Source of the DNA: a virus | Strand: one strand, 5' to 3' | IMG/VR virus record: IMGVR_UViG_3300045993_000757 | Coordinates: 1 to 64,000 of that record | DNA: 64,000 nt | Shown here: piece by piece, positions 17,776 to 26,996 of the stretch | How positions within the stretch are numbered: position 1 is the first letter of the stretch | Layout of the letters: every line of letters starts with the position of its first letter | Translations under genes and position numbers: made by a program | Notes under the pieces: model-generated | What the model was told of the DNA's origin: nothing | Databases searched by the model: none | Seen by the model: only the letters and a program-made list of their open reading frames with translations

Positions 17776-18536
17776 AGCCACCCGCCATCATCTGGTCACC
17801 CGAAGCCCCGGTGGCCTCAGTTCTCATCGCCAGCTACAAGCGAACAGAGATCCTTCAGGGGACCATCGACTCCATCTTCGACACCGCATCCGATCCGGCA
17901 AAGGTCGAGGTCATCGTCCGAATCCATCTATCCGACCGATCCACCATGGAGTGGGCGATGAGCCAAGATCGTGTTAGGATCCTGGCTGGCGGGGACGATC
18001 GTGGATACAACAGCATGGACGTTTTCATGAACTCTGTCGCTGCGCTCGCGACGGGTGACTGGCTCATGCTTTGGTCCGACGAGAACCGGATCAAGACGAA
18101 GGGGTGGGATTCCGTGTTGAGCAAGGTCGATGCGTCAGCCCCGCTCTACCTTTATCCCAGGACGAAGCACTTCGGGGGCGGAAGAATCCCCATAGTTTCC
18201 AGGGCCCTCTATTTCGCCCTCGGCCACAACGGCCACACGTACTTCTCCGACACCTACTTGGACTCGCTGTGCCATCTGGCCGGCATTGTTCGACCAGTGG
18301 ACTTCGACACGGAGATGATTCCGGGTTTGGATCACGTCAACAAGCGAGACCCGGAGCAGCGCAGGGAGGCCATGATTGAGTTTTACAGCTCCTTCAACAA
18401 GTGGCGTTGGGAGATGGACAAACGGAAGCTTGGCGTTGCCCTGGGAAAGGATCTTGGGGATGCCGCCCTGTTCACGTTTGAGGATAAGGCCCAACTTCTT
18501 TCGACTGCGGTTCATACTCCGATCTGGGCTGGTTGA
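17772..18536 (+). CDS. GT2-family glycosyltransferase
   Basis: SVLIASYKR...EVIV...ATGDWLMLWSDE. Confidence 0.85.
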   Translation: MKPPAIIWSPEAPVASVLIASYKRTEILQGTIDSIFDTASDPAKVEVIVRIHLSDRSTMEWAMSQDRVRILAGGDDRGYNSMDVFMNSVAALATGDWLMLWSDENRIKTKGWDSVLSKVDASAPLYLYPRTKHFGGGRIPIVSRALYFALGHNGHTYFSDTYLDSLCHLAGIVRPVDFDTEMIPGLDHVNKRDPEQRREAMIEFYSSFNKWRWEMDKRKLGVALGKDLGDAALFTFEDKAQLLSTAVHTPIWAG

Positions 18537-19990
18537 AGATTGGACATTGCGTGTCCAACCTTCCACTGGACAAATTTGTCGCGGGGGACATTATTGGCCG
18601 CGTGTCCGACTCCATTGGCAATCCGACCCCAGGGGTGGAGATCACCCAGCTTCCGACGCCCGCTCAACTTCCGTCATCGCCGTTGTTCGCCAACCCGATG
18701 CCGAATCTTCCGGATCCTGAGAAGGAACGGCTGGAGATTCTGAAGGCGTTCGGGTTCCAGATCGACACCAGCTCGACCACCCCGGCCCTTCCGCCCGTCC
18801 CGAGCGCGCCCGCAGCCCCCGATGCCCCGGCCGTTCCCGCGCCCACCGCCACGCCTTCCCCCGCGGCTTCCGCTACGCCCACACCCCCGGCGACCCCCAC
18901 TCCAGCCGCTCCGGCCGCTCCTCGCGAGCCCAAGCGCCTTCCGACCCCCGCGGAGATCGCTGAGAAGGCCATCAAGGAAGCGGCCGAGCGGCTGGCTGGA
19001 AAGCCCGCCGAGGTGCCTGCCGAGCCCGCTGCGGAGCCTGAAGATCCCGAGCTGAAGACCCGTCTCTCGGCGCTCAAGCTCCTTCAGGAGGATCCCAAGT
19101 ACGCCAGTCGGGACATCGAGAAGGAGTACACCGGCTACCTGGGGAAGCTTTCCGATTACGAGAAGGAGTGGACGAAGGCTCATCCCAAGGAGGAGTTCGA
19201 CCTCGACAGTTCTGAGCATGACTCCTGGCGCGAGAAGCACGAGCCCGAGATCGCCGAGGACGACATCCGCGCTGCGGAGATTGAGGTGAAGACCCTTCGT
19301 CGCATCGAGGAGCGCGAGGCCAGGAAGAACGAGGACGTGTTCGCCGGGCAACTCGTTTCCCAGGCCGGATCGGACGCTGCATCCGCCGTCGTGGAGATGC
19401 TTCAGTTCGCCGGGCCGGGTCCCGATGGCAAGCCGGTGACGGACCTCGACACCCTGGATAAGACGGATTGGGTGGCGGCGGTCGTCGCCCAGAATTACGT
19501 CCCCCAGGCGGCGGCTCTGTCGGCCACCATCACCACGCTCCTGACGCCAGGATCCCCGGTGAAGTACGACGCGACGAAGGCCGAGCATCGCGAGATTGCC
19601 CGCCAGGTTCAGCATTACGAGACGGAGATCCTCAAGCTGCCTGGGAACCAGCGGCTCGACGGACAGGGTCGCCTCTACGCCACGGAGGCCGAGTACGTTC
19701 GTCTCCCGGCGACGGAGCGGGCGAAGCGGTGGACGTTCCGATATTCCCCCACGGAGATGCGGGCCCTGGTCCTGAACGACATTCGGACTACCATGAAGGA
19801 GCATTACGACCGAGTGAAGGCGCGCTCGGCCACGCCGGCGGTGGCTCCCCAGTCTGGGACTCCTCCTGTCACCGGCGTTGTCGCGGGACAGTCTCCTCCG
19901 GTTCGACCGCCCTCTGGTGGGTCCGGCCCAGGCTCAGTCCCGACGTCCACGACGCCTTCGACCACCCGAAAAATCTCCTTCTGGGAGTGA
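18533..19990 (+). CDS. putative scaffolding protein (Pro/Ala-rich plus acidic helical)
   Basis: Composition and position near TerL/MCP; start may be 18698. Confidence 0.55.
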   Translation: MKIGHCVSNLPLDKFVAGDIIGRVSDSIGNPTPGVEITQLPTPAQLPSSPLFANPMPNLPDPEKERLEILKAFGFQIDTSSTTPALPPVPSAPAAPDAPAVPAPTATPSPAASATPTPPATPTPAAPAAPREPKRLPTPAEIAEKAIKEAAERLAGKPAEVPAEPAAEPEDPELKTRLSALKLLQEDPKYASRDIEKEYTGYLGKLSDYEKEWTKAHPKEEFDLDSSEHDSWREKHEPEIAEDDIRAAEIEVKTLRRIEEREARKNEDVFAGQLVSQAGSDAASAVVEMLQFAGPGPDGKPVTDLDTLDKTDWVAAVVAQNYVPQAAALSATITTLLTPGSPVKYDATKAEHREIARQVQHYETEILKLPGNQRLDGQGRLYATEAEYVRLPATERAKRWTFRYSPTEMRALVLNDIRTTMKEHYDRVKARSATPAVAPQSGTPPVTGVVAGQSPPVRPPSGGSGPGSVPTSTTPSTTRKISFWE

Positions 19991-20385
19991 ACGGCGAGGT
20001 CACACCGCGGGTTTTGGTCCTGGTCTGCCCCCTGAGCATCAAGAACCAGGCGGCAGCATCGGGGCTTTCGACCAAGCAATTCCGAAGGCTGACGCGCCAG
20101 TCCTGGGACAAGTGGCGGATCGGAAGCGCCGAGAACTGGTGTACGGCCTGCGGAGTATCGCTGTTCAATCTGACGCTGACCCCCAAGCTTTCGGCCAACG
20201 TGGCAGACTGGAAATCAGAAGACCCCGAAATCGTCGCCGCCTTCAAGGACGTGTGTACCGCTCGGATTCCTGGCATTCGACTCTCCATCCGGAAGCTGCG
20301 TGATTACGCGAGCATGATCGAGGCGGCGGCGAAGCCACACCGACCACAACCAGAGAAGGGCCCTTCGTGTGGACTCCCCGACTGA
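19987..20385 (+). CDS. HTH-like protein upstream of TerL (possible small terminase)
   Basis: GTGA-coupled start; QAAASGLSTKQFRRL; position only. Confidence 0.5.
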   Translation: MNGEVTPRVLVLVCPLSIKNQAAASGLSTKQFRRLTRQSWDKWRIGSAENWCTACGVSLFNLTLTPKLSANVADWKSEDPEIVAAFKDVCTARIPGIRLSIRKLRDYASMIEAAAKPHRPQPEKGPSCGLPD

Positions 20386-21929
20386 CCGAGATCCAGAAGG
20401 AGTTCTACGAGGACGGGCATCGGATGCGGATGGCCTACGGGGCTCGAGCGTCAGGGAAAACCTGGGCCGTCGAGCACACCGTGATGAAGCATTTGTGGCG
20501 CTTCAACGCCAGGGTAGCCGTCATCACAAAGACCACCCGCCAGGGATCGCTCGGGGTGTGGCCCGAACTGACCGGGATCATCTTCGACGAGTGGGTGGAT
20601 TCGAAGGTCGGCAATTCGGTCGCTGACTTCGGCTGGTCCGAGAAGCCGCGGCGGGATCCGATCACCAAGATTCACCGGGCTGCGATTCACAATCGCCACG
20701 GTCGATCCAGTGAACTCGTGTTGTTCCCGATCGAGCACGCCAATGAGGCGCTGGAGAAACTGCTGTCCACCCAGTTTTCAGCCATTTGGATTTCAGAAGG
20801 ACATCTCTACGACGACCGATCCATCTTCGACACCGCCCTTGCCCAGCTTCGGCTTCCGAGCGTTCCATTCAAGGAAACGCTCCTCCTGGTAGACACCAAT
20901 CCCCCGGAGACGGGCACCAGCCATTTCCTGCACGACATTTTCTTCAAGGAGCGATGCCGCGAGGAGTGGCCCGAGTATTACACCCAGGAAACTATCGACG
21001 CTTTCAGGGAACGCCAGAAGCAGTTAGGAGTGTTCCGTTTCCCCATCGAATCCAACACGTTCCTCGATCCCGGGCTCAAGGCGCAGATCATTGCACAGTA
21101 CGCGCATGACCCATTTGCCTACCGACGATTTGTTCTGTCCGAGTGGATCGACGGCGTCGTCTCGGGCGTCTTTCAGAACGTCTTCTCTCGACAGCGGCAC
21201 GTCATCGGGAATGCCGACGCGCGCGATCCTGAGGAGTGGCAGATCATCCCACCGGTCCAGACCGTGGACGCCGTCCTGGAGGGTGGTAATCCGCTCCTGA
21301 TCTGCGGCTGGGATATCGGCGAGGTGAACCACGCCTGGGGGTGCCTGCAACCGGTCTACGTGGGGGATACGATCCACTTCCGGGTGCTCGACGAGCTGGT
21401 CTACACGAAGTCCGAGCTTTCCGTGGAGGAGTTCACGGCCCTGGTGATGGAGCGGATGAAGGCCGTGGAGACGATGGCGGGCTTCAAGGTCGAGTGGCGG
21501 CATTACTCTGACTCGTCTGCGTTTGAGTTCCGGGCGGCGATCCGCAGATCTGACCTCCCCCTGGACTCCGACATGACGGACGCGGCCTTGGTCATGGCCC
21601 GGTCAGGGGGCGAGATCGTGCTGGAAGGGAGCGCCCAGGTGAAGAAGCCGGGCTGGCAACGCCGCCGCGTCAACTTCCTGTCTCAACTCCTCCGCCAGGA
21701 CAGGTTGGTCGTCTCGGCCAACTGCAAGATCGTCGTGGCGATGTTCTGCGGCTTGAGGAAGGCAGCCGAGAACTCCAAAAACGGCCCGTATCTAGACCCG
21801 GCCCAGATCGAGAAGCACCCGTTCGACGCCCTGTCCTACGCGATTTCCATGTATTCCCTTGAGGAGATCCTGGAGGGAAACAAGCCGTCTGAAGTAGCCA
21901 CTCGAAGCCCCTCGATGATCATGGCCTGA
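20367..21929 (+). CDS. terL: terminase large subunit
   Basis: GARASGKT, WISEG Walker B, DTNPP coupling motif, GWDIG and HPFDALSY RNase H nuclease. Confidence 0.93.
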   Translation: MWTPRLTEIQKEFYEDGHRMRMAYGARASGKTWAVEHTVMKHLWRFNARVAVITKTTRQGSLGVWPELTGIIFDEWVDSKVGNSVADFGWSEKPRRDPITKIHRAAIHNRHGRSSELVLFPIEHANEALEKLLSTQFSAIWISEGHLYDDRSIFDTALAQLRLPSVPFKETLLLVDTNPPETGTSHFLHDIFFKERCREEWPEYYTQETIDAFRERQKQLGVFRFPIESNTFLDPGLKAQIIAQYAHDPFAYRRFVLSEWIDGVVSGVFQNVFSRQRHVIGNADARDPEEWQIIPPVQTVDAVLEGGNPLLICGWDIGEVNHAWGCLQPVYVGDTIHFRVLDELVYTKSELSVEEFTALVMERMKAVETMAGFKVEWRHYSDSSAFEFRAAIRRSDLPLDSDMTDAALVMARSGGEIVLEGSAQVKKPGWQRRRVNFLSQLLRQDRLVVSANCKIVVAMFCGLRKAAENSKNGPYLDPAQIEKHPFDALSYAISMYSLEEILEGNKPSEVATRSPSMIMA

Positions 21930-22175
21930 TCACATCCCCATCTTGCTCATCATCCCGCCGACTCCGGCCGGAGCAAGGGCCCCGAGTGCGGGGTTGGAGG
22001 AGCCGGGGATGGGAGACGAGGATTCCGGGGATTCATTGGCATCTGACTCCTCAGGTGCCGTGGAGACTTCGACCGAACCATCGGGATTGGCCTTTCCCAC
22101 GGTGATCATGACTTGATCGCCTTCCATTTCGAGTCCGAGATTCTTGGCACAATCCGCCGGGAGAGTCGCTGTCAT
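21930..22175 (-). CDS. small hypothetical protein antisense to the head operon
   Basis: GGGAGA SD-like sequence; stop abuts the TerL stop; fills the TerL-MCP gap. Confidence 0.6.
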   Translation of the reverse strand: MTATLPADCAKNLGLEMEGDQVMITVGKANPDGSVEVSTAPEESDANESPESSSPIPGSSNPALGALAPAGVGGMMSKMGM

Positions 22176-22296
22176 GGTCCAAGTCTCCCTCAGACATCAC
22201 CCCTCAGGAATGGGACTTTTTTGACCCACAACGGTGGGTGGCACGGGTCATTTATGTCCCATTTCACGACGCGCTGAAAGTTATAGACTCGCCTCC

Positions 22297-24069
22297 ATGA
22301 GTAATGGATTTGCCGAAACGTGTCAGGTCGCCATCCAGAACACGTATGCAACGTGCGGCTCTGTCACCCGCGCTAAGATCGCCCCTCTCAGTCCGACTGC
22401 CATCAAAGCCCTTTTCTACGGTTCCGACATCGGGGTCGGTCATGAAGGCGCTGGAAACCAGGAGGGCTGGAACGAAATCAAGTCCCTCCTGAAGCATCAG
22501 ATCGAGATGCAGGCGTGCGGCATTCGCCGATCCCCCCTGTATGACTGGCTGATGTCCTCGAACAAGCCCGGCCAGGGACGCCTCGTGAACGTCCACCGCG
22601 CCGCGCGCGGTCCTTCGCTCATCGCCCCCTTCATCCTCGGTCGCCAGCAGTCGATGTGGAATGCGGATCACTGGGCGCTCGTGGCCAACGTAGCCGGGAA
22701 CGCCTATTCAGGCGGGGCTCCGTTCACCATCGCTCCCTCCCTTTCCACGAACAGGGTTATCACCGTAGAGTCTTCCTTCGGCGGAACCATGGAGCTTCAC
22801 GCCGACTATTTCATCCCCGACAAGCGGATTCACGTCATGGCTCGAGGGTCTGGCGGCGCCCTGACGGTGACCCAGTGGAAGATCATCCAGGCTGCTGTGA
22901 ATGTGGCGGGAACCGGAATTGACGTTGAGGTGAAGCTCGACCAGCCGAATCAGACCGAGTCGGGAACTCTCGCTACCGCGGCATTTTTGCAGAACACAAC
23001 CGCAACGAGCGGCGTGGTATTCCTCGGCATCAACAACATCGCGGATGTTGAATACTGGTGCCGAAACATGCTGAACGTGAACACCACCAAGCTGGTGCCG
23101 TTCTGGTATCAGACCCGACGACTGACCCGCTGCGTCGATGAGAAGTACGAGGAGTTCCTGAAGCACATGATGGACAACAACGAGTGGTACTCCATTTTTG
23201 GGGACCTCCCGTTGGCTGAGCGCAACCGCCAGGACGAGGCCCGCGATCAGGTCGAGTGGATGAATGCCTTCTTCTTCGGGGAGCGCATCTCGAACAAGCA
23301 GAACCTCGACAACTGGGGTCAACTCGAAGCGATCAATACGGCGACGTCTTCCACTATCGGGATCGATGGGCAGGGCGACTTCATGGGATTCCGGGCCAAC
23401 ATGATCGGAGTCCTACCCCAGTTGAAGGCTTGCAATCGGTTCATCGATAACCAGGGAAATGCTGCGGGCTTTCCGATCAACACGTTCCTCGAGCACGACG
23501 TTTGGGACATCGTTCGTGCCCGTCGAAGCCAGAACAGGCCCTCGAACGAAATCGACATCTACACGGACGAGACCACGGCCGACGAGTTCATGCAGGCGTT
23601 CATCGCCTACTCGAAGGTAAAGACCGGTGACATCGCCAGGATTAACATCGAGCAGGGCTTCAGCGAGTGGGGATTCCCGTTCCGACGGTTCCGCCTCTAC
23701 AAGCCGATGGGCGTGTCGGTCAACCTCATCACCGACGATTTCTTCAACGATCTCGCGACGGCGGCTGGGTATAGCACCAGTGGCGCGGCACCGCATGGCG
23801 CCGGAGCCTCCGGGCTTGGCAAGTTCATGATGATTCTCGACATGGGCAAGAACGGGACGATCTATCCCGCGATCCTTTCCACGAACCGCAAGCAGTACAC
23901 GGTGGGCGACATCAACGACCTGTCGAAGATCGACAAGACCTACTCCTGCGTGATGGAGAATCCTCGCCAGCGCAAGACTCTCACATCGACCACCACGACC
24001 GCGGTTGTCGAGTGCCCCGCGAATTCGCTCGTCGTAGCGAACTTCGACAAGATCGTCTCGGGCGTCTAA
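22297..24069 (+). CDS. major capsid protein (SU10/DUF5309-like, with insertion domain)
   Basis: FWYQTRR...EWMNAFFFGE...MIGVL...final ECP pattern; downstream terminator; TAGACT 7 nt before the ATG. Confidence 0.75.
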   Translation: MSNGFAETCQVAIQNTYATCGSVTRAKIAPLSPTAIKALFYGSDIGVGHEGAGNQEGWNEIKSLLKHQIEMQACGIRRSPLYDWLMSSNKPGQGRLVNVHRAARGPSLIAPFILGRQQSMWNADHWALVANVAGNAYSGGAPFTIAPSLSTNRVITVESSFGGTMELHADYFIPDKRIHVMARGSGGALTVTQWKIIQAAVNVAGTGIDVEVKLDQPNQTESGTLATAAFLQNTTATSGVVFLGINNIADVEYWCRNMLNVNTTKLVPFWYQTRRLTRCVDEKYEEFLKHMMDNNEWYSIFGDLPLAERNRQDEARDQVEWMNAFFFGERISNKQNLDNWGQLEAINTATSSTIGIDGQGDFMGFRANMIGVLPQLKACNRFIDNQGNAAGFPINTFLEHDVWDIVRARRSQNRPSNEIDIYTDETTADEFMQAFIAYSKVKTGDIARINIEQGFSEWGFPFRRFRLYKPMGVSVNLITDDFFNDLATAAGYSTSGAAPHGAGASGLGKFMMILDMGKNGTIYPAILSTNRKQYTVGDINDLSKIDKTYSCVMENPRQRKTLTSTTTTAVVECPANSLVVANFDKIVSGV

Positions 24070-24106
24070 ATCTGTAGAAGAAATCCTCGCGGATCTTCGA
24101 TTGCTT

Positions 24107-24146
24107 GCGCCCGCGGGGTAATTCAACCTGCGGGCGCTTTCATTTT
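24107..24146 (+). terminator. terminator after the MCP gene
   Basis: GCGCCCGCGGG/CCTGCGGGCGC stem followed by TTTCATTTT. Confidence 0.75.
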
Positions 24147-24632
24147 ATGAGATATTTCGCTTCCAGGACCGCCGAAAACCCGCTTTACACCCAGGGAGGG
24201 CCCATCATTCGCTGGCCTCAACCGGCCGGTTCGAATGAAGGCATGATCGAGGTTAACGAGGCGGATCCCCGAAACGCCGCCTCGATCAAGAGTCTGGAAC
24301 TTTGCATCGTGACCGGAACGGGCGGAGACATTCGCGAGGTCACTGTTTCTGAGTTCCAGGAATGGCAAAAAAAAACGAGTGGACTCCCGCGACACAAACC
24401 GCAACGGGACGAATACTCCGCCGGACCAATGAGGGACACATCGTCGTCCCGGCCCAAAACTTCAAACGCGCCAGTTGCTGCGGCCATCGCTGAGTCGGTT
24501 CAGCCCGCACCAGAAGCCACGGTTTCCGCGGCTGCACCGCTCCCTGCGCCCCCGCAGCCGGTAGCTGGGCAGCCTGCCAAGCCTGTTGTACTCTCTATCC
24601 CGACTCGGCGGCGGGGGGCTGTGGTCACCTGA
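24147..24632 (+). CDS. hypothetical protein
   Basis: ORF between MCP and adaptor; disordered C-terminus. Confidence 0.65.
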   Translation: MRYFASRTAENPLYTQGGPIIRWPQPAGSNEGMIEVNEADPRNAASIKSLELCIVTGTGGDIREVTVSEFQEWQKKTSGLPRHKPQRDEYSAGPMRDTSSSRPKTSNAPVAAAIAESVQPAPEATVSAAAPLPAPPQPVAGQPAKPVVLSIPTRRRGAVVT

Positions 24633-24635
24633 TGA

Positions 24636-26996
24636 ATGACGTTCGCGCAACTCAAGTCCAAGCTCCTCGGAACCAACGATGCCCCCGGACTCGCGTTTCC
24701 ACTCGGAACGCCTGAGAACCTTCGCCCCCAGTGCGAAGCGTTCATCGTTGAAGCTCTGATCGAGATCCAACGGTACATCCCCTGTTGGCAGACCGGGCAT
24801 TACGACGTCCACCGGGCTTCGGAAGTCATGGTTTCGAATGGGTGCTCGGTCATTACGTGCCCCACGGGTCAGATTTCCGAGGTCTTCACCATCACGACGT
24901 CCGACGATGGATCTGGATGGGAGCATCCGATACCCTATGTCCCTGTCGATCTTCAGTATCTTCGCCGATGGATGGGGCGATTCCGGTCTTCATTCCGGTT
25001 TATGGGGCAGGAGTTCACTTCGGCGATGGCCGGTAGCGGTTATCGCCTCCCCTCCGTAGCTGACAACTCCCCTTTCGGTCGCGCGCTCTCCGGGGTTTGG
25101 TCGATCGACAAGCTCTCGAACCGACTGATCATCGCCCCGTGGCTTCAGTCCGACGAAAGCGTTGTCGTCGCCTGGACGGGCATCAAACGAACCTGGTCCG
25201 ATGCGGATGTCGTCTCGGACAACCCCGACTTCATTCGTCTGGTCAAACTCTGGCTCTTGCAGGAGTTCGGGCGACACTGGGCCTCGAGCGATTTGGCCAC
25301 GCGCGTCGATACCTGGGCCACCGCCCAGGCGGACTCCATCGTTGAGTGCCAGCACAATCAGCAGCTTCCTATGCGCGGCGGATCGCCTGAAGAAGTCGAG
25401 GCTGCGAAGGCTTTCTACTCCGCCAATCCTCCCGTGGTCCCCGTGGAGACAACCTTCGAAGATGTCCCGACTCGAATCTGCTTCGTGGGAGACACGGGAA
25501 CTGCGGATGCCAACGCCGAGGCTGTAGCTGCCCTTGTGGAAGCTCAGAACCCCGACTTGGTGGTGCTCCTGGGCGATGTGAAGTACCCTCCCAACTCCGC
25601 CGAGACGGCCCTTGCTCCGTATTCCACATTGATCGGATCCGGAAAGTTGGTCACCGCTCTTGGAAACCATGACCTGGACGGAGACGCCGGAGCATCGGTC
25701 CTGGCGGTGGTCAACAATCCCGGCAACGAGCGATATTTCAGCGTGCGAGCGGGCCCCGTCGAGGTATTCGTGATCAACGACGGCCTGAACACCGCGGGGG
25801 CCTACGTTGAGGAGGATGGGAGTTTCATGGGGTCGGTCCAGTGGGCGGCGATCAAGGGCATGATTCTGAGGAGCTGCGCCGCATTCAAAGTCGTGGTCCT
25901 GCATCACGCTCCGTTCACGAGTGGCACTCGATACTCCCCAGGGTTGCTTCAGATGCGTTGGGTGTCAGACCTGGAGGTTCATGCGGTCATCGCTGCCCAC
26001 AGTCACAATTACGAGCGGGGAGACTGGCGCGGCCGGCAGCACTTCGTGGTGGGCACTGGTGGTGGCTCGCCTCAGGATGGGTTCGTGGATTCTCCCGACC
26101 CTGAATCCAAGGAGAGAATCACGGGGTTTGGAGCACTTTTGCTGAGCGCCACCAAGACTGAGGCTAAATTCGAATTCCTGGACCTTGGAGACGTTGTCCT
26201 GGACACGATCACCATCAAGGGATGGCCGACTTACGCTTTGCTTTCGGAATCCCCCACGCTTCCTCCGGATTGGTCCGTGGGTCTTCCGCTGGCTCCAGTT
26301 TTCAGGTTGAGCCCGGCTAGCCAGCGCGTGTTCACCGGAAGCGTGGTGTCAATGCACGTGGTTGTTGCAGGAACCCCTCCCATATCACTTCAGTGGAAGG
26401 AAGATGGAATTGCAATTCCGGGAGCCACGTCACTGTCCTATTCCCTGACGGCTTCCAGGACCGCATTTTACACGGTTGTCGCCACCAACATTTACGGATC
26501 CTCCGAAAGCTCACCTGGCATGGTGCTTCTCGACGTTTTGGCCCAGACCACATTCGCCACGGTTGCCGACATGACGGCTTCGAACCCGCTATCTTGGGCC
26601 ACAGCGGAATGCGAGAACAATGCCCCCGGAGACGACTATATGTCGTTCTGGATTCGGTCTGGGGACGAGACCCGACTTCCCAACGGGATTGATATTCTTC
26701 AGTCGAATGGGCCCGTAAATCCCGGGATTAGTCTGGTTCGCATTTTCGTTCGCGAACCCAGTGGCGGCGTGGTTTTGCCTGGGCCCGGACTTCCTCCGTA
26801 CACCGTGGATGTCCCCGTGGTAGTTGCCACCATCGAGGATCTTCAGAATTCCATCTTCACGGCGCCTCTCGTGTGGGTTGGAGATGAGTCCAATCCTATT
26901 GTGTTCCGACAGGGAAATACCAACGACCTTGATGACGGGGTTAACGGCGTCCTCAATCGGTCGGGAATTCACTACGACCGCATTCAATTTGTATGA
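24636..26996 (+). CDS. putative head-tail adaptor fused to metallophosphoesterase, Ig domain and two tailspike-type modules
   Basis: MTFAQLK adaptor-like start; GDTG, GDVKY, GNHD, HHAP, AHSHNYER; GTPPISLQW...YTVVATN Ig domain. Confidence 0.75.
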   Translation: MTFAQLKSKLLGTNDAPGLAFPLGTPENLRPQCEAFIVEALIEIQRYIPCWQTGHYDVHRASEVMVSNGCSVITCPTGQISEVFTITTSDDGSGWEHPIPYVPVDLQYLRRWMGRFRSSFRFMGQEFTSAMAGSGYRLPSVADNSPFGRALSGVWSIDKLSNRLIIAPWLQSDESVVVAWTGIKRTWSDADVVSDNPDFIRLVKLWLLQEFGRHWASSDLATRVDTWATAQADSIVECQHNQQLPMRGGSPEEVEAAKAFYSANPPVVPVETTFEDVPTRICFVGDTGTADANAEAVAALVEAQNPDLVVLLGDVKYPPNSAETALAPYSTLIGSGKLVTALGNHDLDGDAGASVLAVVNNPGNERYFSVRAGPVEVFVINDGLNTAGAYVEEDGSFMGSVQWAAIKGMILRSCAAFKVVVLHHAPFTSGTRYSPGLLQMRWVSDLEVHAVIAAHSHNYERGDWRGRQHFVVGTGGGSPQDGFVDSPDPESKERITGFGALLLSATKTEAKFEFLDLGDVVLDTITIKGWPTYALLSESPTLPPDWSVGLPLAPVFRLSPASQRVFTGSVVSMHVVVAGTPPISLQWKEDGIAIPGATSLSYSLTASRTAFYTVVATNIYGSSESSPGMVLLDVLAQTTFATVADMTASNPLSWATAECENNAPGDDYMSFWIRSGDETRLPNGIDILQSNGPVNPGISLVRIFVREPSGGVVLPGPGLPPYTVDVPVVVATIEDLQNSIFTAPLVWVGDESNPIVFRQGNTNDLDDGVNGVLNRSGIHYDRIQFV

